The notes under the pieces: generated by a model
Seen by the model: the letters and a program-made list of their open reading frames with translations, nothing else
The model's database searches: none
What the model was told of the DNA's origin: nothing
Part shown: piece after piece, positions 18,890 through 28,322 of the stretch
How positions within the stretch are numbered: position 1 is the first letter of the stretch
How the letters are laid out: each line of letters starts with the position of its first letter
Program-made: the position numbers and the translations under genes
From: a virus
Taxonomy: Duplodnaviria > Caudoviricetes
Virus record (IMG/VR): IMGVR_UViG_3300037067_006220
Coordinates: 1,873 to 65,872 of that record
DNA length: 64,000 bases
Reading direction: 5' to 3' (one strand)

Positions 18890-21370
18890 TTAAGTATTGT
18901 CACTTCTAGCTAACTCGTACCATTTACCATCAGGTTTACAAATCAATGTTAAAGTATCAGTTGCCGACATATTGAAATTTACACTACCGGATAAAAATAT
19001 ATTAGTCCCGTCTGTTATCGTAATGCCATGTTCGGCAACGATAGTAATTGTTTGACCAGTATAACCATTAGTGAAATTAGTGATAGCCGTAACGCCCCCA
19101 GTAAGAAAAAGACTGTTATTTAATACTGACGGAGTTGCAGCATCATCCAAAGTCACAAAAGATGGAACAGGTTCTTCTAAATACTCGGCTGATATAAGTG
19201 GGAACCCACCTACGTACGCTTGCACATTGGTAACTAGGAACGAAGCTCCAGTTGCACTTGTGGAGGCATGATTCAGACCTATGCTTGCTCCTGGTGATAT
19301 ACCACCAATCCATGCAGAGTATAAATACCACCCATTACCGTAATCTACTTTAGGCTGCATTATATAACCATGCGCCCCAGTAATAGAAAAACTTAACACG
19401 CAATCAACTGATGGTTTTACTAGAACCGTAACAAAAAAATCATGTATATATGGTTCTATGGTTTGGTGTATACCCCTAAGCGCACCAGTAACTACATTTG
19501 TTACTGTCATCGCATATTTAGAACCAAAATCATTATTAGTTACTTGAGTGGTTATTATATTTGCGTTTACTCCCCAATGAGTAATCCCATAACGAAAACT
19601 TCCATTTTGAACCATATTGGCGAAGGTTCCATTTCCGTTATTATTAACCCCGCCACCGAATTCCCCAGAACCTTGGACTGTCACCCCATCAGCTTCAAGG
19701 TCATCATACGCAAGTGTTTGCTGATGGTGCTGAGCGCCATCAAGACTAATAACACGGAACGCTAACGGTTTTGACATTCCAATAAATCCCCCTCCTCCTA
19801 TGCCTTCCGACCGCGCACCATTTAAGGCAACAGATCCACCAGCATAGACTTGCTGTATAATTGCCGGATTATTGCTTTCAATTGATACCCCATTAAGTTC
19901 TAATGTTCCGTCAACACGTATATTATAAGAACCAACACCCGTAGCAGTATCGCTATGTGTGTACTCACCTCCATTGATAGTTACGCAAGTCATAGTTGCC
20001 AAGGTGGTATCAACATTATGAATATTATTGATGATAAAACAGTCTGTAAGGGATATGAATTGTGATTGGGTTCCCGTCCCGTGGATTCCATATTCAAAGT
20101 TTGAAATCATACAATCATTGACTGTAGAATACTGCAAATTCCGTGCATTAATCGCAGCCCCGGCATTACCAGTACCAAGTGCGGTTACCGTTCGATCACC
20201 ATTGAGTCTTAAGCGTTCCCAGACTACTTTTATCGGGGCATGGTATGCATATAATCCATATGTAAGGTCTGGGTAAAATAAATCTATATGGCTGGATGGA
20301 TTGAATTGAATAATGGTTGAAATCCCTTCACCGACGAATCGTTTGCTAGTAGAGTATTTTAATGTACTTGTTACTAAATACATTGTTCTTTGAAATCTTA
20401 CTGTTCCTCCACCATAAATTGTAGGCATCGTGGTAATTGCACTTGTAGCGTTATACAATCCCATGGAATCAATGGCAGCTTGGATTGCAGAAGTCATGTC
20501 AGTCACGCCGGGGGTAGTGTTATTTGCCCACCATTCTGGATAAACTTCATCAACGTACTTATTGCCTGTAAAAACCTTTGTGCCTGCCCCAGCAAATCTC
20601 TGGCTTATAGAGCCTTCTTGGATGCCTGTAAGTGTAAGGGTTTTACCTGTAGCTACCGAAAATACCCCACCTTCCCACGATATACGAGCTGTTAATGCCA
20701 AGTCTCCTGCAATAAGATATATTCCAGATGGGATACGTAATGTTCCCGATGATCCTGCTTCAGTATTTGCGGCCAATACTGCTGCTGTTACATCTACTAA
20801 AGCTGTACCCGCGCGTATATCAGCTATCTGTGCCGGAGTCATATAATCCATCACGTTTACGGATAGGTCTATAAATCGGTCATGGACTGTACGAGATGTA
20901 GCACTAGTACCAGAACCTTTGTAGCCGACCATAGCATCGCCTAAAGCTGCATTGCTTGTATCAGCTAAGTCGGTTTTGAATTGGTTACTATCAAAATTAG
21001 TGATATCACCAATAGTAAACGGCACGGTAATGCCAGTGCCAGAAAATCGCACATCGTATCGGCCATCGTCTAAATACACATACCATGAGCCATCAGCGGA
21101 TGAAGTAAACGAGCAAGGTTTGGCGGTGCCTGCATTATCGGCATAGCAGTTTACAAGTGGGACTCCTGTTACCGCGTCGTATAAAGTAACCGTAGCACCT
21201 GGAAAGCTGCCTTGCACTTTCTTGGCTATAGTACCTATACCACCAGTAATCGTAAGTGTCGTATTGCCTTGTTCGACGTAGCCTTGAAGTTTGGCACGGG
21301 CGGATACATATGGTGTAAATAATACAAACCACAATGCAAATAACGTTAATATATGAAGTCTTAATCGCAT
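18890..21370 (-). CDS. tailspike-type beta-helix depolymerase with CBM-like domain and N-terminal signal peptide
   Basis: VGYKGSG..RTVHD..VNVMDY, DMTSAIQAAID, NMVQNGSF..W motifs; hydrophobic N-terminus. Confidence 0.8.
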   Translation of the reverse strand: MRLRLHILTLFALWFVLFTPYVSARAKLQGYVEQGNTTLTITGGIGTIAKKVQGSFPGATVTLYDAVTGVPLVNCYADNAGTAKPCSFTSSADGSWYVYLDDGRYDVRFSGTGITVPFTIGDITNFDSNQFKTDLADTSNAALGDAMVGYKGSGTSATSRTVHDRFIDLSVNVMDYMTPAQIADIRAGTALVDVTAAVLAANTEAGSSGTLRIPSGIYLIAGDLALTARISWEGGVFSVATGKTLTLTGIQEGSISQRFAGAGTKVFTGNKYVDEVYPEWWANNTTPGVTDMTSAIQAAIDSMGLYNATSAITTMPTIYGGGTVRFQRTMYLVTSTLKYSTSKRFVGEGISTIIQFNPSSHIDLFYPDLTYGLYAYHAPIKVVWERLRLNGDRTVTALGTGNAGAAINARNLQYSTVNDCMISNFEYGIHGTGTQSQFISLTDCFIINNIHNVDTTLATMTCVTINGGEYTHSDTATGVGSYNIRVDGTLELNGVSIESNNPAIIQQVYAGGSVALNGARSEGIGGGGFIGMSKPLAFRVISLDGAQHHQQTLAYDDLEADGVTVQGSGEFGGGVNNNGNGTFANMVQNGSFRYGITHWGVNANIITTQVTNNDFGSKYAMTVTNVVTGALRGIHQTIEPYIHDFFVTVLVKPSVDCVLSFSITGAHGYIMQPKVDYGNGWYLYSAWIGGISPGASIGLNHASTSATGASFLVTNVQAYVGGFPLISAEYLEEPVPSFVTLDDAATPSVLNNSLFLTGGVTAITNFTNGYTGQTITIVAEHGITITDGTNIFLSGSVNFNMSATDTLTLICKPDGKWYELARSDNT

Positions 21371-21663
21371 TTTACACCTGCCATGACTATTGCTAAATCA
21401 ATACGGTCTTGACGTTCTAAAGGAAACTGCTTGGTCATAAGAGAAAATACTTGGTGCTTTTTATATTCATACGATTGCTGGTTGTTACCCAAAGCCACGG
21501 CACTTATTGCCATACGAGCCGAAACAATTAAGGTTTGTAGTTTATCGTCAATATAAAAAACATGCTCCAAACCAAGTTTAGACAATAATACTTGCATGTC
21601 TGGAACCAGCTTTTTAAGTATGCCGATAACGATAAAAACGCAAATCTTTTTCATATGTCCCAT
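21361..21663 (-). CDS. hypothetical protein
   Basis: ATG ORF in late operon. Confidence 0.6.
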   Translation of the reverse strand: MGHMKKICVFIVIGILKKLVPDMQVLLSKLGLEHVFYIDDKLQTLIVSARMAISAVALGNNQQSYEYKKHQVFSLMTKQFPLERQDRIDLAIVMAGVKCD

Positions 21664-21665
21664 AA

Positions 21666-21806
21666 CTACACCACCCCTGATTTTATATGCTGTGATAAGT
21701 AATAGTCAATAAATGACTGTACTGCAACTATGGGTCCAATCCCACCTAATTGTGGCCAATAACGCTGCGTGAAGAATCTGGCACAAAAATACCTTTTAGG
21801 AAACAT
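21666..21806 (-). CDS. 46-aa protein MFPKRYFCARFFTQRYWPQLGG..., missed by ORF track
   Basis: Translated by hand; fills the gap and overlaps upstream stop. Confidence 0.6.
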   Translation of the reverse strand: MFPKRYFCARFFTQRYWPQLGGIGPIVAVQSFIDYYLSQHIKSGVV

Positions 21807-22785
21807 CTATCGCCACCGCCGATCTATTACCGTCACTATCTACTGTGGCAGTAATACGGTTTTTACTATCGGCTACTGCATTGCGAATAACAACTGTGGT
21901 GGTCGCGGCACCGCTTAGCTTGCCTGCAAGAGCAGCGGCCTCAAGCCTTTGTGCTTGTCTTGGAGTTAAACCAACTTCGATTGCATTAGCTCGATCTAAA
22001 TAAGCATCGGCTATTTCGTTTGCTGCATCCGTTGCCAATGCTGCTGCGTCAATAGCGCCAGCCGCAAAGGATGTATTTTGAATACCGCCGATATCAACAC
22101 TAACCGATGGGGTCGCCGCATTGAGACTGGTTTTTTGTAATGCAGTAAAGTCGTGATTACTTTCCGTTTTAACATTCACATCCGGCACACCAAGATTTAT
22201 AAGTGTCACTGGGTCTTGACCAGCAGCGTAACCACCGATGGTTGCATTGGGGATTGACGAAGCCGCAATACTTTGTCCGGCTGTAAGATCCACTGTCTGA
22301 TTCAATTTGGTGCCGTTCTGTGTTGGAAGTCCACCGTTTGTGCCAGGGACAGCGTTTGGTAGTGCTGTCATCCCCATACGGACTGAATCTTGCGGGTCAT
22401 ATCGTACTAGTTCAATTTCATACTCCCTTTCTAAAAGGTTAGCCGCGCCAATAGCAGATATGCTTAACATTCTTGCATTGGCAACGGAGAATCTTGCATC
22501 AGCGAATTGAAACTCGTATAAACCCGGATGGTTTGTTGCATCGACTTCTGCAAATCGGCACTTAGTTGCAGTAGGTGCAGCATATGTTCCAAGTGTGGCG
22601 ATTGTTTCAATCGTGCTGCCTGCAACGGTATAAGTGGTTGCAGCAGCTTCCACGTCGCAGATAGTCGAAATAATGAGTCCCACGCTGGCCGATGAAAGTC
22701 CTGTCAATCCTTGTCCGGTATCGCTTCTGCGAAGTTTAAACCGAAGGACATTCGAGTTGTTGTCAAAGTATATTTGTCGATCCAT
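21796..22785 (-). CDS. putative virion structural protein
   Basis: Ala/Thr-rich, late operon. Confidence 0.65.
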   Translation of the reverse strand: MDRQIYFDNNSNVLRFKLRRSDTGQGLTGLSSASVGLIISTICDVEAAATTYTVAGSTIETIATLGTYAAPTATKCRFAEVDATNHPGLYEFQFADARFSVANARMLSISAIGAANLLEREYEIELVRYDPQDSVRMGMTALPNAVPGTNGGLPTQNGTKLNQTVDLTAGQSIAASSIPNATIGGYAAGQDPVTLINLGVPDVNVKTESNHDFTALQKTSLNAATPSVSVDIGGIQNTSFAAGAIDAAALATDAANEIADAYLDRANAIEVGLTPRQAQRLEAAALAGKLSGAATTTVVIRNAVADSKNRITATVDSDGNRSAVAIDVS

Positions 22786-24386
22786 TAATAGCCTCGCAGT
22801 CCTTCGAGAAGTACATAAGGAGGAGCGTTAAATAGCCAGCCTGAGCCAGCCCCGTTGTTGTTGACACTATTACCCCCAGCCCACCATTTACAGTTTGTTC
22901 CTGCCGCTACAGAGCGTTGGATGTTCAGGTAATCTCCGCGCATGCCACCATTGGTAGGGCCGGTAAGTTGAAATGTCCCCGCTCCATCCACTGTATCGAG
23001 GGTTTTTAGTTGTCCCGACGAACCAGAGACTTGCCAGTCTGCAATAGTTTGAGTTGTGGACTTTGTGAATTTGATGCTGTGTGCTTCTGTGCCATCGTCT
23101 TTGAGTTGGGCGAAGGTGTTTGAGCCGGTTATATTAAATTCGCCTGTGCCGGAACCTGGGGAAAGCCAGAGATCTTTCAAACTCTTACCTGCGGCAGCGA
23201 TTGTTTTTAAGATTGCACTAGTGTCTATGAGTTTTATCGTCCCCCCGGATATAGTGACAGATGTTCCGGAGGATTGAATCCTGAAAGCGTTTGTTGTATT
23301 GACATTATCAGGACCTGTTATTGTAGTCGTCCCACTTATTTTAGTAAAAATAGATACAGTCGTAAATACAAGGGCCGCAGTAGTTAAATTGCTAGTCCCT
23401 TGTGCAAATGTTCCATTTAGAACCTGAAAATATGAAGTCGTAGCGAAAGCATCTTGTAATGAATAGACTCCGGAAGGAGCACTGAGCTGAAATTGTTTTG
23501 CCCATACATTCCCCGCACTCGTCAGCGTGTAACTTCCTCTTCCCTCAAATATGTAAGTCTGCGTACTCGCCGTCAAAATCATCCCTGTCGTGGCCGTGTG
23601 CAGCGCAATGCCGCCAAACACACTTGCTATCGTGTTGGTCGTCAATGTGGGAATATTGGCAACTGGATGAATCCCGTCAACACCTCTGAATGTGAATTCA
23701 GGAATCCTCGGCATGTCCTGAGTGATCGTCATACTCACTGCGCCGAATGACAAATCATCGAAGATGGCGAAATCCTGAATCAGCGGAATACGTCCTGCTC
23801 CACCGCTGCCGCCTGTGCCGAGATACCAGTTGCCTACGGTGGACCAGTTGTTTGCTGCACCCGACGCCTTGTACCAAAACAGATTTATTCCAGCGGGGAA
23901 CGTGATGCCGCTGCAACCTGTTAATACTGTGCCGCCTCCAATATCAATCTGGGCTGAAAGGTCTACGGCAGGGGACATTGTAATATCTTTGAAATCAATA
24001 TTTGACCAGACTGGGATTCCGCTATTTGTAATTGTTCGTGAGGTTCCTATAGTTCCTGAGCAAAGCAACAAACGGTTTATTGCTGAATTGCCCCCTATAT
24101 TTGGAGTCCCTGCACTAGTCATATTACCAGACAAGGACAGGCTTCTAGTCTTATTGGCATCAGTAGTGACAGTCACGTTTCCCACAGCCGGAGCGCCTAA
24201 TGTTAATGTTTTACAAATCGCTGAGGCGTTAATAGTTATAGTATAGGAATTTGCATCTGAAGAAGCATCCGTGATTACATCATCCGAAGTTGTAGGTACA
24301 GCTGCACCCCCAGCACCACCAGATGCAGTATCCCAGTGTGCTGTATCATTCCAATTCCCAGATCCTAATACCCAATAGCGGGCCAT
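22785..24386 (-). CDS. beta-solenoid-like virion/adhesin protein with duplicated W-G-rich motif
   Basis: YWVLGSGNWNDTAHW..GGAGG..P and FWYKASG..NWSTVGNW..GGSGGAG..P repeats. Confidence 0.6.
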   Translation of the reverse strand: MARYWVLGSGNWNDTAHWDTASGGAGGAAVPTTSDDVITDASSDANSYTITINASAICKTLTLGAPAVGNVTVTTDANKTRSLSLSGNMTSAGTPNIGGNSAINRLLLCSGTIGTSRTITNSGIPVWSNIDFKDITMSPAVDLSAQIDIGGGTVLTGCSGITFPAGINLFWYKASGAANNWSTVGNWYLGTGGSGGAGRIPLIQDFAIFDDLSFGAVSMTITQDMPRIPEFTFRGVDGIHPVANIPTLTTNTIASVFGGIALHTATTGMILTASTQTYIFEGRGSYTLTSAGNVWAKQFQLSAPSGVYSLQDAFATTSYFQVLNGTFAQGTSNLTTAALVFTTVSIFTKISGTTTITGPDNVNTTNAFRIQSSGTSVTISGGTIKLIDTSAILKTIAAAGKSLKDLWLSPGSGTGEFNITGSNTFAQLKDDGTEAHSIKFTKSTTQTIADWQVSGSSGQLKTLDTVDGAGTFQLTGPTNGGMRGDYLNIQRSVAAGTNCKWWAGGNSVNNNGAGSGWLFNAPPYVLLEGLRGY

Positions 24387-24426
24387 TGTAGTTTAGCTTT
24401 CTTAGTAATATTTATACTACTTCTTC

Positions 24427-25395
24427 CTATAAACCTGGGTAAGCTCTACCAGCAAGCGAATTATAATACATGAAAATATTACCATATGCACTAAATCTAC
24501 GCACCACAAACCAGTTATCTACTATTTCACGATCCTGTTTGCGGTATTCATGAAATAGGCGTTTATATTCAGCATCCGACGAACCAATAAGAAACTTGAA
24601 ATCCGGCCCGCCTTTGGACATGGCATCTTTGCGTGATTCTGCCCACCGATATGCATAGCTTGTAGCACGCTCGATAACCATTTCTTCGCCGATTTGTGGT
24701 GGAAGTTCATCGGTGTCATTGATTAAATCGGGCATTTTGCGTATGCCGTAAAGCTGATATACGGCATTATATTGCGGCACTCCCCAAAGCTCATACATAG
24801 GATATTGGTAAGTAGTCGATAGAGGATTAGTGTCTAAACGGTACATTACCACATCAGTAGGAATACCATACCACGAACGCATTGGGTCCATCATATCAAG
24901 CTGCTCACGGGTTTTATCAAGTAATAAATCAGTGAAAGTGGGTATATTACGCACCGATATCCAAAGTAAGTGATCTTGGTATGGTGCTGCGTAGTAGCAT
25001 TGAAATATTTGATATATGCTGCTTACGGCGGACGGCTCACCGTACAGCCGGTCAAGCGTCAATACCGGGCTAGTCCAATCAAGGATGTTATATATGGTTT
25101 GTCCGGCAATACGAAATTGCCTTTGCTGAATTGTCGAATACGGTGTCACAGCAGCCGTAATAGCAGCAGCGGCGGCAGCATTAAAAGTAACTGTATTGGT
25201 GCCCTGTGCTACAGTAGCTAGTCCGGTTGTAACAAGCGGTGGGGTAATCCAGTTTGGACCTTCATACAACTGAAAGGACCATAAGTTTTGCCGCCGTACA
25301 TCACGCCATGCGCGGTTGATTAGCTTTTTGGCATAAGGTACAGGGAGTTTGGGGACCATGCCAAGGAGTTCTGTGAACATTGAGCTGAAGGACAT
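24427..25395 (-). CDS. head-tail connector / tail tubular A-like protein
   Basis: KKLINRAWRDV..WSF N-terminus; DELPP motif near C-terminus; position. Confidence 0.6.
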   Translation of the reverse strand: MSFSSMFTELLGMVPKLPVPYAKKLINRAWRDVRRQNLWSFQLYEGPNWITPPLVTTGLATVAQGTNTVTFNAAAAAAITAAVTPYSTIQQRQFRIAGQTIYNILDWTSPVLTLDRLYGEPSAVSSIYQIFQCYYAAPYQDHLLWISVRNIPTFTDLLLDKTREQLDMMDPMRSWYGIPTDVVMYRLDTNPLSTTYQYPMYELWGVPQYNAVYQLYGIRKMPDLINDTDELPPQIGEEMVIERATSYAYRWAESRKDAMSKGGPDFKFLIGSSDAEYKRLFHEYRKQDREIVDNWFVVRRFSAYGNIFMYYNSLAGRAYPGL

Positions 25396-25417
25396 GATCG
25401 CCTCATTATATTAGACC

Positions 25418-25543
25418 TTACTTGGAAACTTTCTTGCCGAGCTTTTTAGCAAGGGCTTTCTTTAAAAACCCTTTGCCGTGCGCTTTGCTTTCCATATCCG
25501 GTGTTTCGGACTTCTCGGAATGTTTCATGTCGGCTTTTTTCAT
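25418..25543 (-). CDS. 41-aa Lys-rich protein, missed by ORF track
   Basis: MKKADMKHSEK...KKALAKKLGKKVSK; TGATG overlap. Confidence 0.6.
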   Translation of the reverse strand: MKKADMKHSEKSETPDMESKAHGKGFLKKALAKKLGKKVSK

Positions 25544-25740
25544 CACTTACCTCGAATGCGTTTGGACGTATTTTTGGGGCTACCTTTATGCTTAGGTAGC
25601 CCCTTTGTTTTGGTAGATGCGAATTTGGACAATTCAGCTTTAGACATTTTCAGCATGCCCTTGTTTTTGGCAAACAGCTTGCTAGGTTCATGTTCAGCAA
25701 TCGCCATAGCTGTCTGTTGTGCCTTCGATACACTAGGCAT
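25543..25740 (-). CDS. DUF3008-like small basic protein
   Basis: MPSVSKAQQ...MSKAELSKFASTKTKGLP pattern. Confidence 0.65.
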   Translation of the reverse strand: MPSVSKAQQTAMAIAEHEPSKLFAKNKGMLKMSKAELSKFASTKTKGLPKHKGSPKNTSKRIRGK

Positions 25741-25745
25741 GACCG

Positions 25746-25931
25746 CTAATCCTCGGATGCCCACTCAGGCTTTTCACAAGGCATCATGGTACGGCCATCA
25801 CGGTATTCACGATGATCTTGCAGGTGTTTGCCTACAGGCATATCGTGAGTCTTGCTGGTGTCGATACCATCACGATCAACGGATATTGGATATGAATCAG
25901 GTGGTGATGGTACATTAGCATTTTTAGCCAT
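25746..25931 (-). CDS. hypothetical protein
   Basis: Packed ATG ORF. Confidence 0.6.
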   Translation of the reverse strand: MAKNANVPSPPDSYPISVDRDGIDTSKTHDMPVGKHLQDHREYRDGRTMMPCEKPEWASED

Positions 25932-25938
25932 AATTTAC

Positions 25939-26316
25939 CTATACGAAAATCATCAGCAATCTGACGACTTCCGCCGACAAGTCAGCTGGTCCAACTACTT
26001 CCACGCCGGTCGCGGTCGTGTACCATTTAAGCACTAAGCTTGCAGCGGCATCATCCGGTGCGGTAGCTGGTAACGATACGGTAACGAAGTATGTACCTGA
26101 TAACGACAACGCTACCACGACAAGCTGACCATTGACAGTCGTAAGCTGCTTATTCAGCACTTCAACCAAGTCAATCCCGCCTTGGCCGAACTGACTTGCT
26201 GTAAGTGTTTCATGAGCAGCAGCAGTATATGCGGCTGAGCCTTTCATATCCACAATGGATATCTTTTTGCTGCCTTGGTAAATCGGATATCCCGGCAGTA
26301 CGGCTTTGATAGGCAT
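25939..26316 (-). CDS. putative virion protein
   Basis: Head module position, GGAGG SD. Confidence 0.65.
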   Translation of the reverse strand: MPIKAVLPGYPIYQGSKKISIVDMKGSAAYTAAAHETLTASQFGQGGIDLVEVLNKQLTTVNGQLVVVALSLSGTYFVTVSLPATAPDDAAASLVLKWYTTATGVEVVGPADLSAEVVRLLMIFV

Positions 26317-26356
26317 TATGATACCTCCACAATATTACACGATATTACGTTCTAAG

Positions 26357-28132
26357 TTACGGACGCGCCGTTGTGTAATGCACAACCGTACCGCAAACTT
26401 GAGCGACGGTAGCTGAAGCAGCCGTTTGGTTAATAAGCACCTGCCAAGACAACCGAGTATTATCGACTTCTACGGCATACGGTGTGCCAAACACAATACC
26501 TTCGTTATAGCACTGTCCGGTAGTAGTAACCGCACCAGGAGTCGCATGGTCCGTACCTGGAGTCACGGTAAGCGCACCACCTATGGCAGCCACAGTACCA
26601 GCGGCGGCACCACCAGGAGCGGGATAAGTAACCGAAACTGGAGCTACGGTGCCAATAGATGTAGGTGCTGTGGTTTGGTAGCCGTACAGTACATTGATAC
26701 CATTAATTATAATCCCTTGACCAGCAGTTAATCTACTAGGCGGGGTGAAGTCACAAACTATATCGGTCACATTGGCAGCAGCCGTGGTAGTAAGCTGAAG
26801 CACACTATTACCGGATGCAGCACGAACCATTGACGGAGCGGACAATGCACCGGAAGTAGCCGGATTAGCCGCGAATGTGCCTGTAGTAAGTGCCATGGAA
26901 CACATTTCCGGCCCGACGAAATAATAACCGTCAGTCGGTTGTGTGCCGTCCCAAATCAAGTTATTGGTGGCATTGACAGTAAGGCCGATATTAGCGCCTC
27001 CAGCTTGGTTACGCCAATTAATAGATTCCGCGTTGCCTAAACGGATTGCCCCGGCTGTAGCAGGAGCACCAGCAGCACTGGATACGTAGGTATTATTGGC
27101 AAGTATTTGGGCATTGGTAGAATTGGTATATGCCAATGTAGCTGCCCCACCTGGATCGGGAATATTGATAGCCCTAGCTGCACCCAATGCAACAGGTGTA
27201 AAGGTAAACGCATTAGTTGCAGCAGTACCCAAAACAATTGATCCAAACGGTAATAGAGCAGTACCCACGGACGATCCACCAGCAGCAGCGGAGTGAATAT
27301 CCGTGGTGATAACCGGCGTAGTCAAAGCAGGGCTGGTCATCGTTTGAACACCAGTCCATGTTTGAGCAATGTCCCTGAACGGAATGGTTGCTGTAGCAGC
27401 ACCAGGATCAGGTAGAGTAATAACCCTTCCAGCCAGCAACGCGGATTCTATTGTGGATGCACCCGTGGCACCTTGCAAGCCAAATGCCAACTGTTTAGTA
27501 GTTACAGTCGGGTCGGCAAATGCGAATGCTCCAGTTGCGCTTGGATCGGACAGCATTAGCGGTCTAGCACCAGCAGTAGCAAGCGGAACGATACGAATAT
27601 TGTTGGTCGCGGCGGTACCTAGATATGCACTTCTCCATGGTAAAAGCGCCGTGCCTAAATCCAATGTACCCGCAGCACTAGGGGCAGGACCAACGGAAAA
27701 CGACGTTAACGGCCCTAATGCTTGCGTGTATACAGTGCCGGACTGATTAGGAAACGCGATACGTGTAACAGCCGTCCCGTTAGTTTCAATCATTGCCAGC
27801 AACACATTACCAGCGGCACCAGCAGTCGCTAATGTTTGCGTAACTGCTGGCGCTCCACCAGCGTTCGTCACATATAAAAAGTTACATGCAGCAAATGTAG
27901 GCGACACGCAACTGGTTTGTGCAGCAGCAACCGCAGTAGAAGCCGCAGCCGTAACTGTAGCCGCGTGACCGCCGCTTAGTACAGTACCACCTGTGTTTTT
28001 GACGAATAAGGTACTGCAATCGGTAGCGACGCATGCAATTCTGGGTTGCTGAATATCCTGTGTAATTGCAAATACCGCCAGCAGCAGAACTATAGACAGA
28101 ATCGCCAACGGCACAAAAATTTTAGTTCTCAT
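26357..28132 (-). CDS. Ala/Thr-rich fibre/decoration-like protein with N-terminal signal peptide
   Basis: GGGAGG SD; hydrophobic N-terminus; internal GTALLP..LGTAATN and R-I-x-LPDP repeats. Confidence 0.7.
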   Translation of the reverse strand: MRTKIFVPLAILSIVLLLAVFAITQDIQQPRIACVATDCSTLFVKNTGGTVLSGGHAATVTAAASTAVAAAQTSCVSPTFAACNFLYVTNAGGAPAVTQTLATAGAAGNVLLAMIETNGTAVTRIAFPNQSGTVYTQALGPLTSFSVGPAPSAAGTLDLGTALLPWRSAYLGTAATNNIRIVPLATAGARPLMLSDPSATGAFAFADPTVTTKQLAFGLQGATGASTIESALLAGRVITLPDPGAATATIPFRDIAQTWTGVQTMTSPALTTPVITTDIHSAAAGGSSVGTALLPFGSIVLGTAATNAFTFTPVALGAARAINIPDPGGAATLAYTNSTNAQILANNTYVSSAAGAPATAGAIRLGNAESINWRNQAGGANIGLTVNATNNLIWDGTQPTDGYYFVGPEMCSMALTTGTFAANPATSGALSAPSMVRAASGNSVLQLTTTAAANVTDIVCDFTPPSRLTAGQGIIINGINVLYGYQTTAPTSIGTVAPVSVTYPAPGGAAAGTVAAIGGALTVTPGTDHATPGAVTTTGQCYNEGIVFGTPYAVEVDNTRLSWQVLINQTAASATVAQVCGTVVHYTTARP

Positions 28133-28320
28133 TATGTCCTCCCGTATGCTTCAGGCCAACGGTTTTTACAAAATTCAATTCCATAAGTGGACTCAACACG
28201 TTTGCGTGAGTCCGGGTTAGCAATAATCGCGTTCGCAGCCATATGCCGCCCACGTTCTTTAGCGGTGAATATTTCATCCGGCGTCATAACGATATCCGGT
28301 ATGGTGAATTTAGTACCCAT
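28132..28320 (-). CDS. hypothetical protein
   Basis: Packed ORF, TAATG overlap. Confidence 0.6.
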   Translation of the reverse strand: MGTKFTIPDIVMTPDEIFTAKERGRHMAANAIIANPDSRKRVESTYGIEFCKNRWPEAYGRT

Positions 28321-28322
28321 GT

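Noticed and set aside
12686-24386. Diversity-generating retroelement acting on fibre genes
   Set aside because: No reverse transcriptase and no template/variable repeat pair noticed in the window
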